DNA of 64,000 nt from a bacterium (GTDB taxonomy: Bacteria > Patescibacteriota > Minisyncoccia > Phycocordibacterales > UBA2100): NCBI GenBank assembly GCA_009924895.1, contig RFQR01000001.1, positions 15,575-79,574 of the forward strand. The letters run 5' to 3'. Numbering within the stretch: position 1 is the first letter of the stretch; every line of letters begins with the position of its first letter. Shown piece by piece: positions 27,417 to 37,899 of the stretch. A program made the translations under genes and the position numbers. The notes below the pieces were generated by a model. It was not told the origin of the DNA. It saw only the letters and a list, made by a program, of their open reading frames with translations, and did not search any database.

Positions 27417-28187
27417 ATGGACAATATAAAGACATATTCACAAAGAATATCAGACGTACAGTCGATAATTGACGATGTCCGTATCCGTTCAAATCCGTTT
27501 AGCTCGGACCCAGTGAAAGAGCGTTTTATGAATAGATGTGAGCGAATAATTCTTGCTCTTGGTCTTGTTACGAACAATATTCCTTTATCCGATACTGTTC
27601 GTGATTTAGTCCGAAATTCGTCTAATACGCTCATGCAAAAAGCCCTGCTTATAGACAATCAGCGTGACAGTGTTGCATCAGATCATGCCCGAGGTCTGAT
27701 AGCGACTATACGGTACCTCATCACGATTGTCCGTTTACTCCTTACCGCGGGATATGTGTCATCTTTGAATGCGCGTGCACTTGTTGAGGCGCTCGATGAG
27801 CTTGCGCTATCGGCGCAAGTGATATCAACGGGAGATTATACGTTCGGTAGATCTGATTTTTTTCCTCGCGAGGAAATGCTGATGCAGTCGCGGGAGCCTC
27901 AAAAAGATAGTAAAACAGTACTATCAAAAACAGAAAAGGACGTAACGAAATATGAGGTTATTAAAAGTACAAATTATGGACAATCTAAAAAAGACATGTC
28001 TGACCGTGCTCAGAATATACTTGCATGTCTTTCAAACGGTGCGCTTTTGAGCATAAAGGAAATCCGCATTCGTGTACCACAATACAGTGAGAAAATGATA
28101 CAACGTGAGCTTGCGCTTCTTGTCTCTGATGGTCGCGTGCGTAAGGTGGGTGAAAAGCGCTGGAGCCGCTACGTTCTTTCATTGTAG
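27417..28187 (+). CDS. hypothetical protein with a C-terminal winged-helix-like domain
   Basis: 256 aa. The C-terminal ILACLSNGALLSIKEIRIRVPQYSEKMIQRELALLVSDGRVRKVGEKRWSRYVL resembles a wHTH. Confidence 0.4.
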   Translation: MDNIKTYSQRISDVQSIIDDVRIRSNPFSSDPVKERFMNRCERIILALGLVTNNIPLSDTVRDLVRNSSNTLMQKALLIDNQRDSVASDHARGLIATIRYLITIVRLLLTAGYVSSLNARALVEALDELALSAQVISTGDYTFGRSDFFPREEMLMQSREPQKDSKTVLSKTEKDVTKYEVIKSTNYGQSKKDMSDRAQNILACLSNGALLSIKEIRIRVPQYSEKMIQRELALLVSDGRVRKVGEKRWSRYVLSL

Positions 28188-28770
28188 TCCTGTTCTTTGA
28201 TTGTATCGATGAATGCTCCGCTGTCTGCAATGTTTAGGTGGAGTGCACGCCAGTTCTGAAGTGTATCGAGCTACTGCATACAACTTATAGAGAGCTCGCG
28301 ATAGTGTGAAAGTTTTTTCGGACATATTCGTCTTAGGCTATGTGCCACAAGGTACTGTCAATTGACTGATAGGCTGTGGTCGGGGTATCTTTCTCTGGTA
28401 ATCTGCTCAAGGCTTGCGCCCACAGGTTATCCACAAAATGAGCCAATAACTGGACGGAGGCTGCGCACTTACTTGCTATACTTTATGGTACGTGCGACGC
28501 CTCTTTGTAGGCGTGCTCGTTTGCAAGTCGAAATGTGTTTCACTTGCTGTTCTTTGAAAACTAAATAGCGTTCTAAAAATTCTGAAATTCAGATATCTGT
28601 TCCGTATTTGTCCGCATGACAGAAATTCAGTCCCGATTTTTGCTGCTACTCCCGCGCCCTCATCTATTAGTAAACGAGGGAAGGGTTAGCATGGGTTTAA
28701 AGCCCACGATTATTAGTTGTCTCGATGCAGTTAATCTCTGCCTCGGGATACAACATTACATATAACTCAT

Positions 28771-31700
28771 ATGAGTAAAGCATTAGCAACAAAAAATGTT
28801 GCGGCTGTGCTCTTGGGTCTTGCTTTGGTTCTCGGCTTCTCGTTTGCAGTTGCTACTCCAGCAAAGGCAGCGACCGCAGCTGAGCTCCAAGCACAGGTTC
28901 AAGCACTTCTCGCACAAATCTCTGCATTGCAGGGCGGTTCATCGTCTTCAATGTCAGCAATGTGCCACACGTTCACCCGCAATCACATGATGGGTCAGAA
29001 GGGTGGTGAAATTGCATCGATTCAGGAATATCTCAACATCACTCCTGCTGCAGGCAACTTCGGTCCTAAGACCAAGGCCGCTGTTGTAAAGTTCCAAAAG
29101 GACAACGACATCGCTCCTGCTTCTGGGTATTGGGGTCCTCTCACTCGCGCAAAAGCAAATGCTCTTTGTGCTGGTTCAGGAACAACTGGTGGCACGACTG
29201 GCGGTACAACGGGCGGCACTACGATGGGCACAGGTGTGACCATCGCAGCTGCAGCACAGCCGACGAACTCACTCGCTCCTAAGGGCGCAGTGCGCGTTCC
29301 ATTCACGACCTTCACCTTGACGAACAACTCGGGCGCAGCAGTCACCATCAATGGTGTCACCGTACAGCGCACGGGTCTCGGTCAGGACGCAGCATTTGCT
29401 GGTATCGTCTTGGTTGACTCATCAAACGTACAGATTGGCAACGCAAAGACACTCAACTCAAACCACCAGGCAATCGTTGGTGACACGATGACCTTGAACC
29501 CGGGTGAGACTAAGACTCTCACTGTTGCGGGTAACTTGGCAGCATCACTCACGGCATACACTGGTCAGGTTGTTGGTCTCTCTGTTGTTGGCGTGAACAC
29601 CACCGCAACGGTGAACGGTTCACTTCCAATCTCAGGTGCTCAGCACACGTTGAACGATACTCTTGCGGTTGGTACCCTCACCGGTAACATCTCAAGCTTT
29701 GATCCGAACGCAGCACAGTCAAAGAACATTGGCGACACTGCAGTGAAGTTCACTGGCGTTCGTTTGACTGCTGGTTCAGCTGAAGACGTTAAGCTCTACT
29801 CAATCCGCTTCCGCCAGGTTGGTTCTGCTTCAGGCAGTGACCTCGCAAACGTGGTTGTAGTAGTAGATGGCGTTTCGTACCCAACAATGATGTCATCAGA
29901 TGGTAAGTACTTCGTCGCAAGCATCCCTGGTGGTGTCTTGATCCAGAAGGGCTTCTCAAAGGATGCATACATCCAGGGTGATATCGTTGGCAACAACGTA
30001 TCAGGCCGAAACGTTCAGTTTGACATCGACAAGACGTCTGACGTCTTTGCTGTTGGTCAGCTCTATGGCTACGGCATCGCTCCTGCTGTTGGCGCAAGCT
30101 CAGTTTCGAGTGCTGCTACCCACGGTTCTGCTATCACGGCTTCACAGCCTTGGTTCCAGGGTTCAACCTTCACGATCACTGGCGCGTCGGTAACGACGAT
30201 TGCTAAGGCGACTGAAGTTCCTGCTCAGAACATCGCAGTCAACGTTCCTAACCAGCCACTCGGTGGCTATGTGCTCGACTTGAAGGGTGAAAACCTCTCA
30301 GTTCAGTCACAGGTCTTCTACTTCAACTACTCAACTCTCAGCGCTTCATCAAACCTCCTCACCAGTGTTTCATTGGTTGACGAGAATGGTGCGGTTGTCG
30401 CTGGCCCGGTAGATGCAGTAAACGTTGGTGGTGTTGCTCAGAAGGTCACATTCACAGACACGGTAACCTACAAGACTGGTCGACACGTCTACTCATTGAA
30501 GGGTAAACTCCCATCAACGGTTACGAACAACCAGACCATTACTGCTTCAACCACTCCTTCAGCGGACTGGACGAACGTAACGGGTGCTACAACGGGTAAC
30601 GTTGTTTCTCTCTCAACGCTCTCATCGGCGGTAACGATGAACACAATGACGGTTCGCACAGCGCAACTTGCTGTTGCTATCTCGCCTACTCCAGCTGCTC
30701 AGACTATCGTTTCAGGTGGCCAGGGTACGACGTTTGCCAACATCCAGTTTGACGCTTCGCAGTCAGGTGAAGACGTTCGTTTCTCATCATTCTCGGTACA
30801 GTTCAACACGACTGCTACTTTGAGTGGTACAAACATCCTCTCATCATGTCAGGTATTCGACGGTGCTACCGCTCTCAACACGGGCTCAAACACCTTGAAC
30901 CCTACACTCTCAACATCTGCTGGTGCTGCTAACGGTTCATTCACTCTTGATAACTCACTCGTTGTCACGAAGGGAACTGTTAAGACAGCAACAGTCAAGT
31001 GTAATGTTGCTTCAGGTGCTACTGGTGCTCTCCAGGTCGGTATGACTGGTACACAAATTGCAGCTGTTTCAGCAACTGGCGTAACTTCATCGAACTCAGT
31101 CACTCCAACCGGCTCAACAAATGCTGGTCAGGTCATGACGCTTGCTTCAGGTGGTACGCTCACAATGTCGAACTCTCCTTCAACACCTTCTTACATGGTT
31201 GTTGCTGGTGGTTCAACGGACGTAACGTCGGCAGTCTACAAGCTCCGCGCTACGAACGAAGACGTGAACATGACAGAAATCGCTCTGAAGCTCACCTCTG
31301 GTAACCCAGCGGATGTCTTCTCTGCAACGATTTTGAAGGGTACGACGCAGCTCGGTACAGTAACCTTCACGGGTTCTGCAACAGTTGCTTCAACGACCCT
31401 CTCATCTCCTGTTGCAATCACGAAGGATGTCGACACCGACATCACAGTTAAAGTAACCTACGGCGCTATCGGCTCTAACCAGCCTGCTGCACCGGGTGCT
31501 ACTATCGCTATCGATCTCGACCGCATGAAGGGCACAGGCGCTTCTTCAGGTAACACGATCTACAGCTCAGGCTCGACCTCAGTTGCAGGTGTACGAAACC
31601 AGAAGTCGTACCCAACCCTCGCACTCGACGCTGGCGCACTCTCTTCAACGGGTGTTGCTGACGGTAACCTCATGAAGTTCAAGGCAACTGCAAACTCAGC

Positions 31701-32160
31701 TGGTGCTATCGGCATCGCTCAGTTCAAGTTCACTCTTGCAACCTCATCAGCAAACGTCACAGCAGTATCGCTCTACGGCTATACTGATGCTGCGTACTCA
31801 AACGCTGTTCCAGGCTTCTCAGGTGGCGTGATTAACGCTGCTGCAGTTGCTCCGGTTTCAGGTGGTGTAGTAACAGTAGTTGCTAACAACACTAACGGCG
31901 TACAGGTTCCAGCTGGTTCAACCTACTACTTCCTCTTGAAGGGTACAGTAGCAGGCACCGCTTCAACCTACTCAGTCTCAACCACACTTAACGGTGACTC
32001 GTCTGCTGCAGCTCTTGCTGCTTCAAGTTCAGTCTCTGGTAACTTGGTATGGACTCCAAACTCGACTTCAACGTCAGTTGGCTTGTCTAACGACTGGACT
32101 AACGGCTACGGCCTCACTGGTCTCCCAGCTGTTGGTATCTCAACCTCACGTAACAACTAA
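28771..32160 (+). CDS. large Ser/Thr/Ala/Val/Gly-rich cell-surface protein with an N-terminal CPR-type coiled motif and a peptidoglycan-binding domain (putative S-layer/adhesin)
   Basis: Signal peptide, then ATAAELQAQVQALLAQISALQ, a PG_binding_1-like segment (IQEYLNITPAAGNFGPKTKAAVVKFQKDNDI), a (TTGG)n linker and about 950 aa of beta-rich repeats. Confidence 0.7.
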   Translation: MSKALATKNVAAVLLGLALVLGFSFAVATPAKAATAAELQAQVQALLAQISALQGGSSSSMSAMCHTFTRNHMMGQKGGEIASIQEYLNITPAAGNFGPKTKAAVVKFQKDNDIAPASGYWGPLTRAKANALCAGSGTTGGTTGGTTGGTTMGTGVTIAAAAQPTNSLAPKGAVRVPFTTFTLTNNSGAAVTINGVTVQRTGLGQDAAFAGIVLVDSSNVQIGNAKTLNSNHQAIVGDTMTLNPGETKTLTVAGNLAASLTAYTGQVVGLSVVGVNTTATVNGSLPISGAQHTLNDTLAVGTLTGNISSFDPNAAQSKNIGDTAVKFTGVRLTAGSAEDVKLYSIRFRQVGSASGSDLANVVVVVDGVSYPTMMSSDGKYFVASIPGGVLIQKGFSKDAYIQGDIVGNNVSGRNVQFDIDKTSDVFAVGQLYGYGIAPAVGASSVSSAATHGSAITASQPWFQGSTFTITGASVTTIAKATEVPAQNIAVNVPNQPLGGYVLDLKGENLSVQSQVFYFNYSTLSASSNLLTSVSLVDENGAVVAGPVDAVNVGGVAQKVTFTDTVTYKTGRHVYSLKGKLPSTVTNNQTITASTTPSADWTNVTGATTGNVVSLSTLSSAVTMNTMTVRTAQLAVAISPTPAAQTIVSGGQGTTFANIQFDASQSGEDVRFSSFSVQFNTTATLSGTNILSSCQVFDGATALNTGSNTLNPTLSTSAGAANGSFTLDNSLVVTKGTVKTATVKCNVASGATGALQVGMTGTQIAAVSATGVTSSNSVTPTGSTNAGQVMTLASGGTLTMSNSPSTPSYMVVAGGSTDVTSAVYKLRATNEDVNMTEIALKLTSGNPADVFSATILKGTTQLGTVTFTGSATVASTTLSSPVAITKDVDTDITVKVTYGAIGSNQPAAPGATIAIDLDRMKGTGASSGNTIYSSGSTSVAGVRNQKSYPTLALDAGALSSTGVADGNLMKFKATANSAGAIGIAQFKFTLATSSANVTAVSLYGYTDAAYSNAVPGFSGGVINAAAVAPVSGGVVTVVANNTNGVQVPAGSTYYFLLKGTVAGTASTYSVSTTLNGDSSAAALAASSSVSGNLVWTPNSTSTSVGLSNDWTNGYGLTGLPAVGISTSRNN

Positions 32161-32195
32161 TTCCGCAAGGACTTAGTTCTCAGTGAAAGAGAGCA

Positions 32196-32224
32196 AAAAC
32201 CCCCGCGAAAGCGGGGGTTTTTGT
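32196..32224 (+). terminator. rho-independent terminator
   Basis: AAAACCCCCGCGAAAGCGGGGGTTTTTGT. Confidence 0.75.
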
Positions 32225-32256
32225 GTTACTGATTTTTTTCGGTACAATAGTGGAAT

Positions 32257-33039
32257 ATGAAAAACTATCTACTCCCCGCATTCGCAGCAATTCTTATTGT
32301 TGCCGGTTTTGCCTTTTGGTATCGAGGGTATATGCCTGCTAACTCACCAGCGGAGCAAGGAACTGTGCCAGAGAATCCAATTGTGATTGATCCAAATGCA
32401 ACATCAACAACGGTAGACGGCTACACGATAGAGCGAGTGCAGGAGAATGTAGAGACATCGTATCCTTCGCTCACCCGCGCGCTCCCTGCTTCAACGAACG
32501 GTATGTCAGATGAGGCGCATGCAAAGATTTTGCGTTCTCTTTCAGAAACGGTCCAAAAGCTTGGAAAGAATCCGAATGATACCGAAAGCTGGATGATACT
32601 CGGAACATACCGCCAGATACTCAGCGATTATGAGGGTGCAAAAGAGGCATGGATTTTCGTTGCAGAAAAAACCCAATTTGCCCAAGCGTATGAAAATCTT
32701 GGGAACTTGTATGCGGGATACTTGAAAGATGCAGTGAAAGCTGAGGCAAACTACAAAAAAGCGATTGCACGCGATCCGATCATGCCGCAGTACTACCGCA
32801 CGCTCGCGGAATGGTACACGAATGCGTCACGCGCCGCTGACGCGGAAAACACGCTTCGCACTGGAATAAAGGCGGTCCCGAAAGCGCTCGATCTGTACGT
32901 CTTGCTTGCACGGCAACTTGTCGCAAATGATAAAACGAAAGAAGCAAAGGCGCTCTATGCACAGGCAATAGAGTCTGCAAAAGCACAAAACAACACCGAT
33001 GCGGTAGTGCAAATTACCGCAGAAATGAACAAATTGTAG
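32257..33039 (+). CDS. membrane-anchored TPR-repeat protein
   Basis: N-terminal TM helix. TPR-like repeats (AYENLGNLYAGYLKDAVKAEANYKKAIARDP). Confidence 0.55.
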   Translation: MKNYLLPAFAAILIVAGFAFWYRGYMPANSPAEQGTVPENPIVIDPNATSTTVDGYTIERVQENVETSYPSLTRALPASTNGMSDEAHAKILRSLSETVQKLGKNPNDTESWMILGTYRQILSDYEGAKEAWIFVAEKTQFAQAYENLGNLYAGYLKDAVKAEANYKKAIARDPIMPQYYRTLAEWYTNASRAADAENTLRTGIKAVPKALDLYVLLARQLVANDKTKEAKALYAQAIESAKAQNNTDAVVQITAEMNKL

Positions 33040-33067
33040 ACGAGGGGAGCGAAAAGTGATGATACAC

Positions 33068-33229
33068 TAGAGAGACGATGGACGGACCTGTCAACTCATT
33101 TTTTCGCTTCGTTGCTGGATTTTTCACGTTTATTAGCGTGAGTTTTGGTGTTACATACCTCGCACAATCCATGATTGTTGCTCGGGCACAGGCAGAGAAT
33201 ACCGCCGCTGCCGCGCGAGCCATGCTTGA
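33068..33229 (+). CDS. possible 53-aa small membrane protein (below the ORF-track cutoff)
   Basis: Manual translation gives MDGPVNSFFRFVAGFFTFISVSFGVTYLAQSMIVARAQAENTAAAARAMLEKN with one TM helix. Confidence 0.25.
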
Positions 33230-33239
33230 GAAAAATTGA

Positions 33240-33554
33240 TTTTTTGTATCGCGCGTGGCATACTCCCTCTGTCAGGCCACAGACAGCGAGAAGCGCTGAG
33301 TCTGTTACAAAACCTGCTTTCGAGCCGAGAAGTCGCCATTTTTGAGCGAGGCGCAAGTCGGAGACCGAACAATACCCCGAGGTATTCTGAGGTCGAGACG
33401 AAGCGTCGCAGCCAAAAATCGCGACTCGCAGCGCCGAAATTGAGGTTTTGTAATAGACTCTACATGCTTTCATGAACTTTTGAGTTCTCTTGCCGAGGTC
33501 GAATCTAATCTCCTTGTGAGAGCCTGGCAATTATTAGTTTCAGGCTCTTTGTCC
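33240..33554 (+). promoter_or_regulatory. candidate ribosomal protein L10 leader (long structured 5' UTR upstream of rplJ)
   Basis: About 300 nt of non-coding, GC-rich sequence with paired segments directly upstream of rplJ. L10(L12)4-binding leaders occupy this position in many bacteria. Confidence 0.3.
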
Positions 33555-34040
33555 ATGAAAACAAAAGCAGAAAAAGCTCAGATTATTGAGCAATTGCAAA
33601 CCGCATTCAAGACTGCGGCTTCAACCGTGTTCGTTCACTTCCGTGGAATCACGGTAGGAGAGGAGACGGTGATGCGTAAGAGTTTGCGTGATGAAGGAGT
33701 GAAATACTCTGTTGCACGTAAGACCCTTATCCAGCGCGCTCTCACTGGTGCTGGCCTCTCTGAGGCGCAGCTCGACGGTGAAATTGCAGTGGTAACTGGT
33801 GGAGCAGACGCATCTGTTGCAGCTCGTTCTATCCATGCGTTTGGAAAAACGTTTGGTGCTGAGCGCTTCAGTATCGTTGGTGGTATCTTTGAAGGACTTC
33901 TTAAAACCGGTCCTGAGATGCAAGAAATTGCAACCATCCCAGCCCTTCCCGTACTTCGCGGTATGTTTGCGCAAGTTATCAACTCTCCGCGCCAGCGCTT
34001 TGCGGTGGTGTTGAGTGAGGTAGCGAAAACAAAAAATTAA
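33555..34040 (+). CDS. rplJ: 50S ribosomal protein L10
   Basis: MKTKAEKAQIIEQLQTAFKTAASTVFVHFRGITV is an L10-like N-terminus. The ORF track begins 25 codons earlier. Confidence 0.9.
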   Translation: MKTKAEKAQIIEQLQTAFKTAASTVFVHFRGITVGEETVMRKSLRDEGVKYSVARKTLIQRALTGAGLSEAQLDGEIAVVTGGADASVAARSIHAFGKTFGAERFSIVGGIFEGLLKTGPEMQEIATIPALPVLRGMFAQVINSPRQRFAVVLSEVAKTKN

Positions 34041-34062
34041 TTAACTTAGTAGTTACACTATT

Positions 34063-34419
34063 ATGACAAACGATCAAATCATTGAGGCAGTAGAAAAGAT
34101 GACCGTGCTCGAGCTCAACACGCTCGTCAAGGCAATCGAAGAGAAGTGGGGAGTCTCAGCTGCAGCAGTTGCTGTTGCGGCAGGTCCTGCATCAGCTGCA
34201 GAAGAGAAGACTGAGTTCGGTGTTGAACTCACTGCAACTGGTGAGCAGAAGGTAGCTGTTATCAAGGTGATCAAGGAAGCACTTGCCTTGGGCCTCGCTG
34301 AAGCAAAGGCATTCACTGAATCAGCTCCAAAGCTCATCAAGGAAGGCATGAAGAAGGAAGATGCAGAAGCTCTCAAGAAGAAGCTTGAGGAAGCGGGGGC
34401 AAAAGTAACTTTGAAGTAA
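34063..34419 (+). CDS. rplL: 50S ribosomal protein L7/L12
   Basis: [31 protein letters not shown]... Ala-rich hinge. C-terminal [39 protein letters not shown]. Confidence 0.95.
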   Translation: MTNDQIIEAVEKMTVLELNTLVKAIEEKWGVSAAAVAVAAGPASAAEEKTEFGVELTATGEQKVAVIKVIKEALALGLAEAKAFTESAPKLIKEGMKKEDAEALKKKLEEAGAKVTLK

Positions 34420-34438
34420 TCTTCAAAGTGATAAACCC

Positions 34439-34468
34439 GAAGCGGGCGGCCCATGGGCTGCCCGCTTC
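34439..34468 (+). terminator. near-perfect 30-bp palindromic hairpin after rplL
   Basis: GAAGCGGGCGGCCCATGGGCTGCCCGCTTC. Confidence 0.5.
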
Positions 34469-34564
34469 TGTGTATAAGTAGGTGCCTGGACGTTTTGGGC
34501 TGGTCGATTAGTATTAGGAAAGCGAGGCGAATCTGTTACTGATAAAGCGCCTCGTTTTTCTGTT

Positions 34565-35146
34565 ATGAAACACGACTATCTGCTCGATGTGTTTGGTTCT
34601 CCCACAAAGATTCAATTGCTTCAGTCACTCATGAAAGCGAAAGAGGATGGCGTTCCTGTTACTTCGCTTACCCGTACGACGCACGGTACCCAAAAAAAAA
34701 TCAGATCTGAACTGCGACTTTTAAAAAAGAAAAAAATAGTTGTATCGGCGGGTACGCGTGATCGTGAAGTATGGATGGTAAACAAAAGTCATGCCCACTA
34801 CGCATCGTTACTGCAGTTCATGAATTCCGTTTCGCCAACGCAGCATCATGACGTTGCCACCGTTCTCAAGAAGGCGGGCAAGGTGTCACTCGTCATTCTC
34901 TCAGGCGCTTTTACGGGCGATACAACTCGTCCCGTTGACATGGTGCTTGCGGGGGACGCGGTTAACGAGCATAAGCTTGAAAAGACAGTTACAAAACTTG
35001 AGGAGGAGTGGGGTCATGAGATCCGGTATGCCGTCTTTCCACCTGAGGAAATCCGGTACCGTCTCACCGTACAAGATCGTTTGTTGCGGGAGGTACTTGA
35101 TTTTCCGCACCAAGTGCTGCTCGATAGCAAGCGGCTTTTAGCCTAA
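34565..35146 (+). CDS. hypothetical protein, possibly wHTH plus a minimal nucleotidyltransferase-like domain
   Basis: N-terminal HTH-like segment. LSGAFTGDTTRPVDMVLAGD resembles the hG[GS]...D.D motif of Pol-beta-type NTases. The resemblance is weak. Confidence 0.3.
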   Translation: MKHDYLLDVFGSPTKIQLLQSLMKAKEDGVPVTSLTRTTHGTQKKIRSELRLLKKKKIVVSAGTRDREVWMVNKSHAHYASLLQFMNSVSPTQHHDVATVLKKAGKVSLVILSGAFTGDTTRPVDMVLAGDAVNEHKLEKTVTKLEEEWGHEIRYAVFPPEEIRYRLTVQDRLLREVLDFPHQVLLDSKRLLA

Positions 35147-35256
35147 AACGAGTATCCACACGTGAGTGCCTCTTGAGCAGGGTCTGTTGTCGTGGTGCGG
35201 TATGATTATGGTAAAGAACTGGTCGAACAGTTTTTAACAACCTTAATTATTGTTAT

Positions 35257-35943
35257 ATGATCGTTTCAGAATCCGCGAGTGTACTCCAGGCGTCGTTCTC
35301 AGACCTCTGGTTCACCGTGGTCTCATATGTTCCTGCTATTTTGGCAGCGGCAGTTATTTTTGTACTTGGATGGATTGTGGCCGTTGTATTGTTTCGTATT
35401 GTGGTACAAGTTACCGATGCGCTCAAGATTGATGAAGCGCTCAAATCTACCGGATTGCATGATGGTGTAAAGGCAGCTGGGTTTAATCTCCATGTCGGCT
35501 ATTTCCTCGGAGAATTAGTAAAGTGGTTTGTGGTCATTGGTTCACTCGTTGCAGCACTTGATGTGCTCGGTTTGCAGCAGGTTAACGCATTCTTGCAAAC
35601 CGCAGTATTGCAGTACATTCCTCAGGTTATCGTGGCAACGCTGATGATTATTGTTGCTGCAATCGTTGCGGAAATCGTGCGCAACGTGGTCGCGGGTTCG
35701 GCACGCGCAGCAGGGGTCTCTGCTGCAAATTTTGCTGGCGCTGTTGCAAAGTGGGCTATCTGGATTTTTGGTGTTGGCGCAGCCTTGACCCAGCTCGGGG
35801 TCGCAGCAGTTCTTCTGCAGACGCTCTTTTTGGGTGTTGTTTTCGGTTTTTCTCTCGCGTTCGGTCTTGCTTTCGGTCTCGGTGGCAAAGAGGCGGCAGC
35901 TCGGTTTATTGAAAAAGTTCGATCAGAAATCGCTCATCACTAG
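35257..35943 (+). CDS. membrane protein with conserved TM-helix repeats (MscS N-terminal-like)
   Basis: 228 aa with repeated amphipathic TM helices and a GxxxG-rich C-terminus. Confidence 0.45.
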   Translation: MIVSESASVLQASFSDLWFTVVSYVPAILAAAVIFVLGWIVAVVLFRIVVQVTDALKIDEALKSTGLHDGVKAAGFNLHVGYFLGELVKWFVVIGSLVAALDVLGLQQVNAFLQTAVLQYIPQVIVATLMIIVAAIVAEIVRNVVAGSARAAGVSAANFAGAVAKWAIWIFGVGAALTQLGVAAVLLQTLFLGVVFGFSLAFGLAFGLGGKEAAARFIEKVRSEIAHH

Positions 35944-36011
35944 AGTTTTGTGTAGTGGCGAAGCAGCGGGCGGCGCTTTGCGCCGCCCGCTGTCTTTGCT
36001 AGCATTCACGT

Positions 36012-36710
36012 ATGCAAGCAATAATTTTGGCAGCAGGTAAAGGAACAAGAATGAAAGAGCTCACCGCTGAGACGCCAAAACCCATGCTTTTAGTGGCGGG
36101 GAAGCCAGTCCTTGAATACGTGGTCGAGTCCTTGCCTGAACCAATTACTGAAATTATTTTTGTGGTGGGATATTTGCAAGAAAAAATTCGAATGCACTTT
36201 GGTAATGAGTGGCATGGGAAAAAGATTATATATATTGAACAGAATGAGCTTAATGGAACCGGCGGTGCGCTCTGGTGCTGTAAAGATATACTCTCCGGAG
36301 CATTTCTTGTTTTAAATGGTGACGATATTTGTGAAGCGCGTGATATTGCTGCCTGTGCTGCTTCACCCGACTGGGCGCTTTTGGTTCAACAGGTCGACGA
36401 AGTCGGAAGTGCTGGAAAAGTGGTCCTAAACGCAGGTGGTACCATTGCAGATATACAAGAAAAAGAAGTCCATGGCGGCGGGTCGGGGCTTGCAAACACT
36501 GCCAATATGTTCAAACTGGATGTGCGCGTATTTTCTTACAAGCCAGTCTATCGTCCAGGAAGTACTACTGAATTTGGGCTTCCTCAGACGGTAGTCCAGG
36601 CATCAAAAATAGTCCCCATTTACCCGATCAAAGCGCATTCTATCGTGCGTCTTACTGACCCACAGGATATCCCCAGGGCAGAAGCTGTTCTGGCCGGAAG
36701 AAAAGCTTGA
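36012..36710 (+). CDS. sugar-phosphate nucleotidyltransferase
   Basis: MQAIILAAGKGTRMKELTAETPKPML is the NTP_transferase signature. Confidence 0.8.
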   Translation: MQAIILAAGKGTRMKELTAETPKPMLLVAGKPVLEYVVESLPEPITEIIFVVGYLQEKIRMHFGNEWHGKKIIYIEQNELNGTGGALWCCKDILSGAFLVLNGDDICEARDIAACAASPDWALLVQQVDEVGSAGKVVLNAGGTIADIQEKEVHGGGSGLANTANMFKLDVRVFSYKPVYRPGSTTEFGLPQTVVQASKIVPIYPIKAHSIVRLTDPQDIPRAEAVLAGRKA

Positions 36711-36809
36711 CAGTACCCAGATACTTCGTCTATACTCACGCCCACGTATGGTTACTAATTTAGGCACTAAAAGCAGGCGAGAGTAGCCGATTTTTTGTCG
36801 ACTGCCCGC

Positions 36810-36831
36810 GCCGCTTCCAAGCGGCCTTTTT
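36810..36831 (+). terminator. rho-independent terminator
   Basis: GCCGCTTCCAAGCGGC followed by CTTTTT. Confidence 0.55.
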
Positions 36832-37200
36832 ACTACCCGTACGAGCCTGACTCTTTATTCTCAAGAACTCATTGGGCAACTGATAAGAACAAGAGAAAAA
36901 GAAAACAGAGTGACGCAAGTTATTCATGTTTGAAAAAGCGTCAGGCGAGACTGTTCGTTGACAACTGAAGAGCGACCCACATACTTGAAACCAGGTATGT
37001 GGAATCGAAAGAATCAATTAAACATTGCATAAGGAATGGTCTTCCTTATGCGGTGCAGGAAAAACCCTAATCCCAGAAATGGGACGGGTAAAATGTATTT
37101 TCACTTATGTGAAAATAGCCCAGTAGGTAATCCTGCTGGATTAAAAGTCTCATCTGTTTGTAGCAGATGAGTGTTGTTGGTGTAAAACCCGACAATATGA

Positions 37201-37240
37201 ATCCGCACAAAATTTTGCTCTGCAAAATTTTAGGCGGATG
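37201..37240 (+). other. about 40-nt extended hairpin ATCCGC-AC-AAAATTTTGC-TCT-GCAAAATTTT-AG-GCGGAT, roughly 30 nt upstream of the 23S 5' end
   Basis: Read from the sequence. The related motif at 57584-57616 lies downstream of the 16S. Confidence 0.6.
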
Positions 37241-37856
37241 AACACGCGGTTCTCAGAATTCCGTAACGGGAGTCTGAGAAAGGGCGTGCGGTGGATGCCT
37301 AGACTGAAAAAGGCGATGAAAGACGCGGCATGGCGGCGATACGCTTCGGGGAGGTGCTCAGCAACCTTTGATCCGGAGATTTCTGAATGGGGAAACCCCA
37401 TCAAGTAACCCTTGATGACTCTCTTATTAACGTAAGAGTAGAGCAGACCTTGGGAAGTGAAACATCTCAGTACCAAGTGGAAAAGAAAACAAATGTTATT
37501 CCCTTAGTAGCGGCGAGCGAAACGGGAGGAGCCCAAACTCAGCCACATAGAGAGGGACTAGTAATGTTAGCCACTAGCGACTAGTGAAATGCAGCAATGC
37601 ATCCACTAATCTCTATACCCTAACACCTAGTCACTGTCTATGAGGATGGGGGTTATAAGGCTACAGCGCTAGTAATAGGTAGAGTCACAAATTGCTTAGT
37701 TAGTGGAATTGTCTGGAAAGACAAGCCCCAGCGGGTAATAGCCCCGTACACGAAAACAAAGCAACTCTATGGCTGTAGTTCTTGAGTAACTCGAGACACG
37801 AATAGCTCGGGTGAATTCGCCAGAACTAACTGGTAAGGCTACATACTTTTTCAGAT

Positions 37857-37899
<43 letters not shown>

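Noticed and set aside
29182-29229. Tandem 12-nt repeats checked as a possible CRISPR or minisatellite
   Set aside because: They are in frame inside the surface-protein gene and encode (TTGG)4. There are no spacer-like unique segments. I found no CRISPR array anywhere in the window.
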